A stretch of DNA of 64,000 bases from Dehalococcoidia bacterium (GTDB lineage Bacteria > Chloroflexota > Dehalococcoidia > Lucifugimonadales > UBA3495). The stretch is taken from the NCBI GenBank assembly GCA_965249065.1, contig CBDFLG010000001.1, forward strand, positions 1,192,318-1,256,317, given 5' to 3'. This document shows, piece by piece, positions 45,064 through 55,083 of this stretch (positions are counted from its first letter, which is position 1; every line of letters starts with the position of its first letter). The notes under the pieces were generated by a model, which had not been told where the DNA came from, ran no database searches, and saw nothing but the letters and a program-made list of their open reading frames with translations. The position numbers were made by a program, and so were the translations under genes.

Positions 45064-45927
45064 TCAGCTTGAACAGGCGTCTTCCAATGCCCGGCGAGCC
45101 ATGACCGCGCTCACTTCCTTGCGGTATTGGGCGGATGCGTGTATGTCTGAGCCCGGAGTCACTGCCTCCGACACCAACGCCGCCGCCTCGCGCCGCGCAC
45201 CGTCGTCCACCACGCGGCCCACCAACGCCGCCTCCGCAGCGGGCATCCGGGCCGGAGCGTCCCCAACGGCGAACATGGTGATGCGCGCCTCTTGGCAAAT
45301 GCTGCCCTCGTCCATACGAAGCATAGCTACGGCGCCCACCAGCGCGAAGTCGCCGTCGCGTCGGCTCACCTCCCGGAAGCCCCAACGCCAGCCGTCGCCC
45401 TGCAACAGGGGCAGCCGGACCTGGGTGAGCAACTGTTCCGGCGCAAGGGAAGTAATCAGCGGGGCGAAAGCGAAATCGGCGGCGGCCACCGTCTGCGATC
45501 CGTTCCTGTCGTTGATCACAAACTCGGCCTCCAGCGCGGTACACAACGCCGGCAACTCGGCGGCGGGGTCGGCGTGGGCCAGGCTGCCCCCGATGGTGCC
45601 CCGGTTGCGTATCTGGAAGTGACCGATGTGGGATATGGCGGCGGTCATCATGGGGAAAGCGCCCTGAATCACATCGGAGCGTTCAAGCTGCCGCTGCCGG
45701 GTGAGCGCTCCCACGGTTATCACGCCGTCGGCGGCGGTTATTCCGGCAAGGCTGGCGACCCGGTTGATATCGATGACCACGGCGGGCCGCACCAGCCTCA
45801 GGTTCATCATGGGCATCAAGCTCTGCCCCCCTGCCAGCGCCTTGGCGTCGGGGCCGTGCTGCGCCAGCAGCTCCAGCGTTTCTTCCAAAGTGGCCGGGGC
45901 AAAGTAATCGAACTTGGCTGGCTTCAT
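45064..45927 (-). CDS. FAD-binding medium subunit (CoxM/CutM-like)
   Basis: MKPAKFDY, AGGQSL, IRNRGTIGGS.AHADP. Confidence 0.93.
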   Translation of the reverse strand: MKPAKFDYFAPATLEETLELLAQHGPDAKALAGGQSLMPMMNLRLVRPAVVIDINRVASLAGITAADGVITVGALTRQRQLERSDVIQGAFPMMTAAISHIGHFQIRNRGTIGGSLAHADPAAELPALCTALEAEFVINDRNGSQTVAAADFAFAPLITSLAPEQLLTQVRLPLLQGDGWRWGFREVSRRDGDFALVGAVAMLRMDEGSICQEARITMFAVGDAPARMPAAEAALVGRVVDDGARREAAALVSEAVTPGSDIHASAQYRKEVSAVMARRALEDACSS

Positions 45928-46014
45928 CTGACACAGCCCCTAACGTAAGAGTGGGTTCACCGTAGAGTTTACCGCAAAAGATGACAAGAATTTCGATTGG
46001 AGCAGGGGCCGGTA

Positions 46015-46446
46015 TTACCGGCGAATCCGGCCGACCCCGAAGCCACCGGCGAAACCGAGAAGCCCCCCAATGATGGCAGTAACTACTTCGTAGGTCTCCC
46101 GAATTCCGAAAAAGACGATAAGTCCTACGGCAGCGGCCAGAATGAGAGTGCCAAACCAAGCCGCCAGCCACCGCTCCGATCTCCCGGCTTTGTGAGCGCG
46201 TAGGGCTGCGTTCTCCCGGTTGTCCAGTACCTGCGTGATATGCTCTGAGGTAATCCTTTCGCTTATCGGGTCCTGTATTGGCCCAGATATTCCCACCGAC
46301 AAACCCAGAGTGCTTCCAATGCGTCGCTGATGCTCGGAAGGGAGATTACCGAGAAATTCATCAGGAAGCATAGCCTCAATGTTATCGTCGTCTGATTCAT
46401 TGGCGTGTGGGTTTTGCGGTGTGATTTGATTTTCGTCTTCAGACAT
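46015..46446 (-). CDS. Hypothetical membrane protein with two C-terminal TM helices (DUF2335-like layout)
   Basis: 143-aa ORF, 8-bp overlap with upstream ORF, low GC. Confidence 0.65.
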   Translation of the reverse strand: MSEDENQITPQNPHANESDDDNIEAMLPDEFLGNLPSEHQRRIGSTLGLSVGISGPIQDPISERITSEHITQVLDNRENAALRAHKAGRSERWLAAWFGTLILAAAVGLIVFFGIRETYEVVTAIIGGLLGFAGGFGVGRIRR

Positions 46447-46804
46447 TGTTGCTATACTCGTTCGCCGTGAACGTGTTTGCGATCGAGTCGGCTAAGGCGT
46501 CGTTTAATTGTTGCCGGACGGTGTAAGTGATGTAGCTGGCCATCATGGCGGACAACAGTTTATTCGCCTGATTCCAGTTGATGATGCGGCGTTGCAACAG
46601 GTCGTGAACCGCCTCAATGCCATCATCGAATATTTGCTCCGGGGACTTGTTAGCCTCCCAATTCTGTCGCCAAGTGTCCCCGGAAGTCCACTTCCGGCCA
46701 ACCCGTTTTCTGGTTTCGCTGGACTTCGGGATGGATAACACTTTGCTCCTCTCTTGCGCCACAATAAAGTTTTGCTGACTGCTGCTGTACAGTACTACAT
46801 CCAT
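46439..46804 (-). CDS. Hypothetical protein
   Basis: 121-aa low-GC ORF coupled to the next gene. Confidence 0.55.
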   Translation of the reverse strand: MDVVLYSSSQQNFIVAQERSKVLSIPKSSETRKRVGRKWTSGDTWRQNWEANKSPEQIFDDGIEAVHDLLQRRIINWNQANKLLSAMMASYITYTVRQQLNDALADSIANTFTANEYSNNV

Positions 46805-46847
46805 GACTGGATTAGATATATGGAGCAGTTTAGTTCACCGCGTCCAC

Positions 46848-48017
46848 CTAAATCTGGTACTCCGGGCGGCGGAGCAGTTGCCGGGCTATGAGCAGGCGCA
46901 TGACCTCGTTGGTGCCTTCGCCGATAATCATCAGGGGGGCGTCTCGGTAGTAGCGCTCCACCGGCGACTCCTTGATGAAGCCGTAGCCGCCGTGGACGCG
47001 CATCGCCTCCATTGTAACCTCTCCGCAGACCTCGCTGGCGAAGAGCTTGGCCATTCCCGATTCTAGGTCTATTCGCCCGCCCTCGTCCTTCTTGGCGGCG
47101 GCGTCGTAGACCAGCAGGCGGGCCGCCTGGATCTTGGTGGCCATGTCGGCCAGCTTGAGCTGGATGGCCTGGTGTTCGGCGATGGGCTTCCCGAAGGTCT
47201 GCCGCTGCTGGGCGTAGCGGATGGCAGCGTTGAAGGCGGCTTGCGCCACGCCCACGGCGCGGGCGGCGACGTTGATGCGCCCGGTTTCCAGACCGCTCAT
47301 CACTTGACCGAAACCGGCGCCTTCCCCTTCGCCAATCAGGTTCTCGGCGGGGATGGCGTAGTTGTTGAAATTGAGCTCCACGGTGTCCAGGCCCCGGTAG
47401 CCCAGCTTGTCCAGGTCGCGGCCCACCTCGAAGCCGGAACCTGGCTCGCCCCGCTCCATCACGAAGGCGCTCAGGCCCCGGTGACGCGGCTCGGCGTCGC
47501 GGTCGGTGCGGGCCAGCAGACAGAACATATCGCCGTACCGCCCATTGGTGATGAACATCTTGGAGCCGTTGATGATGTATTCCTCGCCGTCCTTGATGGC
47601 GGTGGTCTGGAGATTGGCGACATCGGTGCCGCCGCCCGGCTCGGTCAGGGCCAGCCCGCCCCGCTTGCGCCCGGAGGCCAGGTCGGGCAGGAACTTTTGC
47701 CTCTGTTCCTCTGTGCCGTAGTGGGTAATCACGTAGGTCAGGATGTGATGCGTGCCGATGGCCCCGCTGAGGCTCATCAGGCCTTGGCTCAGTTCCTCGA
47801 AGATGCTGGCGAAGGTGATGTAGTCCAGCCCCATCCCGCCGTACTCTTCCGGCACGGTGATGCCGAACAGCCCCAGCTCCTTCATCTGGTCAATCAGGTC
47901 GTGAGGCACCCGGTCTTCGCGGTCCAGCTCGGCGGCCACCGGCTCCACCTCGCGGCGCACGAAGTCGCGCACCAAGCTGACAATCTGGGAACGGGCCTCT
48001 GCGGATGTTGCTGCCAC
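46848..48017 (-). CDS. Acyl-CoA dehydrogenase
   Basis: ALTEPGGGTD, NGSKMFITNG, RQTFGKPI, HGGYG, IGEGTNE; GTG start behind GAAGGAG. Confidence 0.94.
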   Translation of the reverse strand: MAATSAEARSQIVSLVRDFVRREVEPVAAELDREDRVPHDLIDQMKELGLFGITVPEEYGGMGLDYITFASIFEELSQGLMSLSGAIGTHHILTYVITHYGTEEQRQKFLPDLASGRKRGGLALTEPGGGTDVANLQTTAIKDGEEYIINGSKMFITNGRYGDMFCLLARTDRDAEPRHRGLSAFVMERGEPGSGFEVGRDLDKLGYRGLDTVELNFNNYAIPAENLIGEGEGAGFGQVMSGLETGRINVAARAVGVAQAAFNAAIRYAQQRQTFGKPIAEHQAIQLKLADMATKIQAARLLVYDAAAKKDEGGRIDLESGMAKLFASEVCGEVTMEAMRVHGGYGFIKESPVERYYRDAPLMIIGEGTNEVMRLLIARQLLRRPEYQI

Positions 48018-48101
48018 GGTTTGCTCCTTCGTTCTGTTTCGCCACAATCAACACAGTGATTATAGCGATTTCTCTGATATATCTCTCTGCGCTCTTTGTG
48101 G

Positions 48102-50492
48102 TCATTTATCAGGCTGATTCGCCGCGCCGGGAGTGGGGCTGCCGACAGTCTGAAAGCCGCCGGCGCCATCCGGCACGCGGGCGTAGCTCTGGCCTTCCCC
48201 GGCCTGGCCCTCGGCCCAATCCACCGAATCCATCAAGTCGCCGCCCGCCGTCCAGATGCCCAACTCCTCATCGCCGCCCAGAGCAAACCCGGGCCAGCCG
48301 CCTTTGTCCAACACAATTTGCAAGTATCCGCCCGGTGGGATAACAAAGTCGGACGGGAAGGCTACCCGCTTGCCAACATCCGTCAGGTCGTCCGCCACAA
48401 CAAAGTTAGCCAGGGCCAGATAGGAGTCGGATGAATTGTAAAGCTCGAACCAGTCCAGTGGATCCCCCTTGGCGGCTATCTCGTTGATGACTAGGCTCAC
48501 GTCCGCCTGATCTGTGGTGGCCCTGCCTTCGCCTTCGCTTTTGCCGTCCGGGGGGAGCGGCGGCGCGCCGAACCCGAAGACGCCGGAGAAGTGGCCTGAG
48601 ATGGGAGAGCCCGGGTCCGTGTCGGCCTCAATTAACTCCAGCCGGCCGGACGTAAAGGGAGTGAATGTGTCCGGCGCGGAGGTGCCGGCCGGAATGGACC
48701 ACACCCCGCCTGCAATTTTGTCCTCGCCGATGACCAATGCGGCGCCGGCGGTCAACCGTTCCTGCGGCAGCGCCAAGGTTAATCCCCCAATAGAACCGTC
48801 CGGCTCAAGTTTAAGAACGGTGATGGACGCCGTATCGGCAACGCTGGGCAGCAGGCGGCTTTCCTCCGGTCCGGCGACTCCGGCAATCACCCCCGCGCCC
48901 GCCACGGGCTCTTCCGTTCCGTTGAGCAGCAAAAAAGTGACCGCCCCTTCGCCAAAGGGATTGGCCCGGACGTTAGACCCCCAAGCAGTCTCAAAGCGCA
49001 CTTCTAAAGCGCCGGACTCTGACCCGCCGGAAGGCGCGGCGGCCGGTTCGGGCGCAGGCCATTCCGGCGGCTCCGGCGTGATGTCGTCCAGGATTTCCGC
49101 CCGCCGCTTCTTGATGAACTGCCGCACCCGTTCCGCATCGGCAGCGGCGGCGGCCCTGGTTTTGTGCAAGCCATTCTGCTGCACGATGGTGGCCATTTCG
49201 TCAACGCTTGCCAGCAGGTCCTCTTCGTTCCAGACGGTATCCAGCAATTCTTTCAGGCGGCTGACGTATTTCGTGCGCCAGTCGGGGTTGTTGTACAGCC
49301 GGTTGGGGATGGCCGTGAGAGCCAACACTGACGGCGGCGGATTGCTGATGTCGTCAAAGGGGTTGGGATCGTCCTTCAGGTGGAAAGTGTCATCTACGCC
49401 CCAAGGCATGAACACAAAAGGGCCGTCCGGCTCCCGGTAGAACTGGTAGTTGTTGCGGTCACCGGCATAGCCGTCCCAATGGCCCACCAGCACTTCCGTG
49501 GCCCAGAAGGACAGGAAGCGGTCGAGGTCTACGATGGCGGCCAGGGCTTCCAAGCCGGTTCCGGAGGGATCTTGCAGGGCGGACACTACGGCGTCAATGT
49601 CCGACCAGTCATCGGCGTCTTCGTTGGTCTTCTTTTCAATGGTGCCGCGAAATTCAGGGGTGAAATCGCTGACCGTTCCCTCGTAGAGGTTGCCCTCAAC
49701 GCTGGCAAAGTGGCGCGCTAGGAAGGGGGGCTTGATTTCCTCCAAGTGAACGTACAAGCCCAGGTTCTTCCCATTTACCGAAACCGTGGCGAAGCTGCAT
49801 CGGGACGACGGCAGACCGGCGGCGGCAAAAATTTGGTGAGCCAGACAGGTGTTGACCATTGAGGCGTCCTGAATGCTGTTGTTCAAGGTCATACGCTCAA
49901 TGACGCCGCCCAGGGTCTGACCGTCTGCATATTTGTCGAAGCGGAGCTTGAGGGATGGTTTGGTGTCGCTTTGGGAGCCAATGAACCCCTTTTTGCGGAC
50001 GCCGACTTCGGTATGAGTTTCGCCGTCTACGGTCACCTTGCCCGGGAACCAGGTGTAGATGTTGGCGAAGGGTTGAGAGAGTCCGTATTCCTCGATTTCG
50101 GCCATCAAATCCCCGAATGTCCGGGTCTGATGGCGCAGAGTGTCCCAGTCCTCGGGAGCGATTTCAATAACGATGTTCAGTACCCGGTCGAGGGTGAAAT
50201 AGGCGTCGCTGGGATCGGCTCTCCCGGTTTCCTCAGTGGCCGGCGTCGGCGCAGGAGCGGGAGCCGTGGGCGAAGGCGCCGGCGACTCCGTTGCGGCTAC
50301 CGTAGCCGCCGGGACAGTGGTGGGCATCGGTGCTCCGGTGGTTATTGCGGGCGGAGTGGGCGCGGCATCCGGCCCGCAGCCGACGGCTGACGCCGCCAGC
50401 GCGATAACGAACAGCACGCCCACGATCATTCGGGCCAGAATCAATAGCGGAGTTCCTTCTAGCGCGCGGGCGAGTGTGCGGGGTTTAATCAT
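48102..50492 (-). CDS. CotH kinase-family protein with C-terminal lamin-tail domain, probable lipoprotein
   Basis: VGVRKKG, KPSLKL.F, GLY...E, WDGY...NNY, PWGVD; LVINEI...DWFELYN...PTPG..N; AVGC lipobox-like plus PT linker. Confidence 0.82.
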   Translation of the reverse strand: MIKPRTLARALEGTPLLILARMIVGVLFVIALAASAVGCGPDAAPTPPAITTGAPMPTTVPAATVAATESPAPSPTAPAPAPTPATEETGRADPSDAYFTLDRVLNIVIEIAPEDWDTLRHQTRTFGDLMAEIEEYGLSQPFANIYTWFPGKVTVDGETHTEVGVRKKGFIGSQSDTKPSLKLRFDKYADGQTLGGVIERMTLNNSIQDASMVNTCLAHQIFAAAGLPSSRCSFATVSVNGKNLGLYVHLEEIKPPFLARHFASVEGNLYEGTVSDFTPEFRGTIEKKTNEDADDWSDIDAVVSALQDPSGTGLEALAAIVDLDRFLSFWATEVLVGHWDGYAGDRNNYQFYREPDGPFVFMPWGVDDTFHLKDDPNPFDDISNPPPSVLALTAIPNRLYNNPDWRTKYVSRLKELLDTVWNEEDLLASVDEMATIVQQNGLHKTRAAAAADAERVRQFIKKRRAEILDDITPEPPEWPAPEPAAAPSGGSESGALEVRFETAWGSNVRANPFGEGAVTFLLLNGTEEPVAGAGVIAGVAGPEESRLLPSVADTASITVLKLEPDGSIGGLTLALPQERLTAGAALVIGEDKIAGGVWSIPAGTSAPDTFTPFTSGRLELIEADTDPGSPISGHFSGVFGFGAPPLPPDGKSEGEGRATTDQADVSLVINEIAAKGDPLDWFELYNSSDSYLALANFVVADDLTDVGKRVAFPSDFVIPPGGYLQIVLDKGGWPGFALGGDEELGIWTAGGDLMDSVDWAEGQAGEGQSYARVPDGAGGFQTVGSPTPGAANQPDK

Positions 50493-53274
50493 CTTGCAAC
50501 GCCGCTTGCGCCGCGGCCAGCCGGGCCACGGGAACACGGAAGGGAGAGCAACTCACGTAGTCCAAGCCCACCTCGTGGCAGAAGGCGACGCTGCGGGGGT
50601 CGCCGCCGTGCTCGCCGCAGATGCCGATTTCTAGGTCGGGGCGCACCTTCCGGCCTGCGCGAACCCCCATTCGCACCAGCTCACCCACGCCGTCGCGGTC
50701 GATGCTTTCGAAGGGATCGCCGGGCAGCACTCCCTCGTTGATATAGTTGCGCAGGAACTTACCCTCGGCGTCGTCGCGGCTGAAGCCGTAGGTCATCTGG
50801 GTCAGATCGTTGGTGCCGAAACTGAAGAATTCCGACTCTTGGGCTATCGGCCCGGCAGTGAGGGCAGCGCGGGGCGTTTCAATCATCGTGCCGAACTTGT
50901 AATGCACCTCGACGCCCATCCGTTCCTGCGCTTCGGCGGCGACGCGGGTCAGGTCGGCCCGCAGGCGGCGCATCTCCTCCACGTCCACGGTCAGCGGAAC
51001 CATGATTTCCGGGTTCACCACCAGCCCTTCAGCGACCAGTTGCGCCCCGGCGGTTATGATGGCGTCCACCTGCATCCGGTAGATGGCTGGGAACGAGAGA
51101 CCCAGGCGGCAACCGCGATGCCCCAGCATCGGGTTGGTTTCCCGCAGCGAGTCCACCCGTTGCAGGAACGATTCTTTTTCCGCAATTGTTTCGCTGGGCG
51201 CCCCGGTAGCGCGGAGGGTCGCCAACTCGGTGAGCAGTTCGTCGTAGGGCGGCAGGAACTCGTGCAGCGGCGCGTCCAGCAGGCGTATGATCACCGGGCG
51301 GCGCGACATAACGCGCAGGATGCCGCGGAAGTCGTTGGTTTGCAACCGGCGCACCTGGTCCAGCGCCCGGTAAAACTCGATAACCTCCGATGGTATGTCG
51401 GACACATCCGGGTTCATAAAGGGATTGGACAGCGGATCTATGTGGCGGTCCTCATGTTCCCGGCGCCACTCCTCGGCGGCCTCCGAGTTCAGCAGCATCT
51501 GGCGCACGGCCGGCAGGCGGTGGGGATCGAGGAACATATGCTCGGTGCGGCACAGCCCGATGCCTTCAGCGCCCATGATGATGGCCTGCCGGGCATCGGC
51601 CGGGGTGTCGGCGTTGGCCATTACCCCCAGCTTGCGCGTCTCGTCGGCCCAGCCCAAGAGCTCGCTGGCCTCCGGCAAATCTTCCAGCCGCGGGTTCACC
51701 GTTGCCAGTTCCCCGGTATACACCCGCCCCAGAGCGCCGTCTATGCTGATGCGGTCGCCCTCGCGGAGAGTGTGTCCGTTGCCGCTCATTTCCTGGAGTT
51801 CCAAGTCAACCTGCATCCCTTCGCAGCCGACGATGCAGGGCTTGCCCAGACCGCGGGTCACCACGGCGGCGTGGCTGGTCACCCCGCCCCGGCTGGTCAC
51901 CACCCCAGCGGCGGCGATGATGCCGTGTATGTCGTCGGGCTTGGTTTCGGGGCGGACCAGTATGACCCGCTCGCCGCGGCGGGCCAGGTCTTCGGCCATG
52001 TCGGCGTCGAAGCAGACCTTGCCGGAGGCGGCCCCCGGCGACGCGCCCGCGCCGGTGGCAACCAGCCGCTCCGCCAGTTCGCCCGGCGCAAGGCCGGCGG
52101 CGAACTGCGGCACCAGCAGTTGGGTGATTTCCTCCGGGTCTACCCGGTTTAGGGCCTGTTCCCGGTCAATCATGCCTTCGCGGACCATATCCACCGCCGT
52201 CTTGACCGACGACAGCGGGGTGCGCTTGGCGTTGCGCGTTTGCAGCAGGTAAAGGCGGCCCTCTTCGATGGTGAACTCAACGTCTTGAACGTCGCGGTAG
52301 TGCTGTTCCAGGTTTGAGGCCAGACGCAACAGTTCCTCCGACCGCTCCGGCATCGCGCCGGCCAAGGCCGACAGAGGTTCGGGGGTGCGCACACCAGCCA
52401 CCACGTCCTCGCCCTGCGCGTTAACCAAGAACTCGCCGTACATCATTTCCCCAGGAACGGGACGGCGGCCGGTGGAGGGGTCCCGGGTGAACAGCACGCC
52501 CGTGCCGCTGGTTGGGCCGAGGTTGCCGTACACCATGCCCATGATGGTCACGGCGGTGCCCATGTCATGGTCGATGCCATACTGGTTGCGGTAGACGAAG
52601 GCGCGAGAATTGTTCCAGCTACGGAACACTGCCTCCACCGCGCCGAAAAGCTGCTCCCAAGGGTCGTCGGGCGGCGGCGCACCGGCGGACTCGCGGGCAA
52701 TGTCCTTGAAGTCCCGGACCACAGCCTGCAACTGCGCGGCGCTGAGCTGATAGTCCAGCTCCACCCCAGCGCTCGCCTTGTGGCCTGCCAAACACTCCTC
52801 GAAGGACTCCGGGGCCACTTCCTGCACCACTTCCGCATATATCTGGATGAAGCGGCGGTAGGCGTCCCATGCCGGACGCCGGTCGCCCATCATCGCCCCC
52901 AGTCCCTCGACGATTTCGTCGTTGATGCCCAGGTTCAGGATGGTGTCCATCATGCCGGGCATGGAGATGCGGGCGCCGGAGCGCACCGACACCAGCAGCG
53001 GGTTGGCCGACGAGCCGAACCGGTGCCCGATGGACTCCTCCAGCTCGGCGACGCGCTCGCGGACGGTTCCGGCCAGCCCCTCGGGCAGCGTATACCCACC
53101 GGCCAGATAGTCGCGGCAGACCTGGGTGGTGATGACGAACCCCGGAGGAACCGGCAGTCCCAGCCGGGTCATCTCACAAAGATTGCTTCCCTTGCCGCCG
53201 AGGAGGTCCGCCATCGAGGCGTCCCCCTCGCTGAACCGGTAGACTAACTTCGCTGCCTGAGCTTGAGCAACCAT
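50485..53274 (-). CDS. ppdK: Pyruvate, phosphate dikinase
   Basis: LGGKG, VSVRSGA..SMPGMMDTILN, TSHAAVV phospho-His, GLCRTEHM, FGTNDLTQ, GICGEHGG. Confidence 0.97.
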   Translation of the reverse strand: MVAQAQAAKLVYRFSEGDASMADLLGGKGSNLCEMTRLGLPVPPGFVITTQVCRDYLAGGYTLPEGLAGTVRERVAELEESIGHRFGSSANPLLVSVRSGARISMPGMMDTILNLGINDEIVEGLGAMMGDRRPAWDAYRRFIQIYAEVVQEVAPESFEECLAGHKASAGVELDYQLSAAQLQAVVRDFKDIARESAGAPPPDDPWEQLFGAVEAVFRSWNNSRAFVYRNQYGIDHDMGTAVTIMGMVYGNLGPTSGTGVLFTRDPSTGRRPVPGEMMYGEFLVNAQGEDVVAGVRTPEPLSALAGAMPERSEELLRLASNLEQHYRDVQDVEFTIEEGRLYLLQTRNAKRTPLSSVKTAVDMVREGMIDREQALNRVDPEEITQLLVPQFAAGLAPGELAERLVATGAGASPGAASGKVCFDADMAEDLARRGERVILVRPETKPDDIHGIIAAAGVVTSRGGVTSHAAVVTRGLGKPCIVGCEGMQVDLELQEMSGNGHTLREGDRISIDGALGRVYTGELATVNPRLEDLPEASELLGWADETRKLGVMANADTPADARQAIIMGAEGIGLCRTEHMFLDPHRLPAVRQMLLNSEAAEEWRREHEDRHIDPLSNPFMNPDVSDIPSEVIEFYRALDQVRRLQTNDFRGILRVMSRRPVIIRLLDAPLHEFLPPYDELLTELATLRATGAPSETIAEKESFLQRVDSLRETNPMLGHRGCRLGLSFPAIYRMQVDAIITAGAQLVAEGLVVNPEIMVPLTVDVEEMRRLRADLTRVAAEAQERMGVEVHYKFGTMIETPRAALTAGPIAQESEFFSFGTNDLTQMTYGFSRDDAEGKFLRNYINEGVLPGDPFESIDRDGVGELVRMGVRAGRKVRPDLEIGICGEHGGDPRSVAFCHEVGLDYVSCSPFRVPVARLAAAQAALQDD

Positions 53275-53404
53275 AGGCTGGATACCCCTCCAAGACCTTC
53301 AGATTCCCCGGCTTTTCCTCCGCACAGCCCTCCTTTCACGCACAAACCGGTCTTTCATTATACCCGACGGCGTCGGGCAAGGAAATTTGGCCGCGTCGGA
53401 ACTA

Positions 53405-53534
53405 TAGGGCCTTTTCATTCTCGCCATGCCCTTTTTTCCCTTCGCCCTGAGCCTGTCGGGGGCTGTCCGCCCGTGGTTCGACAGGCTCACCACGAACGGA
53501 CTCTCCCACAACTCCAGAGAATGAAAAGGCCCTG
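53405..53534 (+). mobile_element. MITE-like element (130 bp) with family-C REP interior; left arm of composite unit
   Basis: TIR TAGGGCCTTTTCATTCTC / GAGAATGAAAAGGCCCTG; near-identical inverted copy at 55084-55215. Confidence 0.9.
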
Positions 53535-53544
53535 GAAGTGCGCC

Positions 53545-53687
53545 CAGGACGATTGCAAAGTAATTGTCTGAACCGGGATTTACAGGATTTTGGGATTTTC
53601 AGGATATGGCCAATCCTGGGCATCCTTTAATCTTGATAATCCTGGTTCAGACAATTGCCGCTGGTCAAAGACTTTGCAATCATCCTG
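53545..53687. mobile_element. MITE-like element (143 bp), TIR family shared with 15568-16103, palindromic interior
   Basis: CAGGACGATTGCAAAGT / ACTTTGCAATCATCCTG; perfect 10-bp duplication GAAGTGCGCC at 53535-53544 and 53688-53697; interior AATTGTCTGAACC...GGTTCAGACAATT. Confidence 0.9.
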
Positions 53688-53792
53688 GAAGTGCGCCGGT
53701 TCGCAGTTGACGTCCTTTCCTAGTGGTGTGTATCGTTGGGGCGGCAACCCGTGTTCACGGAAGCGGGCAACTCATTTTATAAGGATCCTGGA

Positions 53793-54922
53793 GTGTTATC
53801 CCTGAGAAAAACGGCAATCCTAGCCACTGGTCTTGCATTGATGGTCATAGCTGGCCTGATGTTTGGCTGGCTGGCCGTCGACCGGGCGCAAGGAGATAGC
53901 CCGGCCCAATCGACCCCTGAACGCATAGCTGGGCACGAAGTGCTGGATATGAGGAACAGCGACAACACCGCCTGCTACTCCGATGATGTGCCTACCATCG
54001 TCTTGAGGGCGAGCGCATCAACCCAAGAGAACCTGCTCTCCAGTGATGCCCCCAATCTTGGCGCCATCCAGCGGGGCCTGCGAAGTGCAGGCTTCCCGGA
54101 GGGAACTAGGATTAGCCTGGTGGGGCCGGGGATTACTGCGGAGATGGTGTCGAAGGAGCAGGCCAGGTGGAACTCGATCCGGGAAGCCAACGGCTGCATC
54201 CAATTCGGCGGCCCCCGGAATTCGGAGGTAATCCAGACCAGTGGAGCGGCGCGACCCTCGTACGTGGGCTACATCGACCCCGGATACTCCTCGATGGTGG
54301 ACTCGGAAATCGGCCCATACACCGACCACAACGCCCAGAGCGTCATCCTGGAAGCCCCCGGATCGGGAGCTCGCAGTCGAACTTCAGCGCGTTCCTCAAC
54401 AATGGATTTACCAACGCGCCCCGGGGAGACCTGCTCCAGAATGGTCTAATATTCGACGGCGAAGATGGCGGCGTGGTGTGGACCGACGAGGCCCACGGCT
54501 TGTCGCCGAGGTACTACAGCATGAGTTACCAGGCGAGCCACGATTACTACTTGACCATATCGTACACCAACGACGAGTGGTGGCTGTGTGCCTCCGACAG
54601 GACGGTGGGGCCAAGCACATATGAGTGCGTCATGTCTCCCGACACCGATGGGACCAGACTGTGGGGCGGAGATAACACAAGCGTCTGGTTTGAAAACCAG
54701 AACAGTAACTTCACATGGTATCAAGGATTCACCAATCCGGTGGTAGCGCACACGGCAAGGAACTACGTCAACGGCGTCTCTAGCAATTGGAGCAGGGAGG
54801 TGCAAGAGACCACGTGGTGCGGCAGCGATTTGCCGGACACGCACGATGCCATATCCGGCACCCTGGTGAACAATGGCACGGCGGAGTTCCACCTGCATCG
54901 CGTGCCGCTGCTATGTCCATAA
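53793..54922 (+). pseudogene. Secreted or membrane-anchored protein, possible G1 glutamic peptidase-like C-domain; frameshift in C-run 54355-54359
   Basis: GTG start behind AAGGA, N-terminal hydrophobic segment; one extra C joins ..VILEAP to RIGSSQSNFSAFLNNG..; LLQNG and SVWFE motifs. Confidence 0.65.
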
Positions 54923-54960
54923 GGAGTGCCTAACGGCCCGCAAACGCACCACCCCAAAGA

Positions 54961-54989
54961 TGAACCCCGCTGGACATCAGCGGGGTTCA
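54961..54989 (+). terminator. Strong hairpin after cargo gene
   Basis: TGAACCCCGCTG-GACAT-CAGCGGGGTTCA, 12-bp perfect stem; no clear U-tract. Confidence 0.5.
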
Positions 54990-55083
54990 AGCTTGTCACC
55001 ACCCCCTTTCCAGCTCACCCCAGATCCTAACACCCCGCAGACCGCCACAATCCCTGCCCTCCCAGCATCACCACCGCACTCCC

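Noticed and set aside
51380..51490. Apparent 25-30 aa insertion in PPDK
   Set aside because: No repeat origin visible; probably a lineage-specific loop that cannot be assessed without an alignment.
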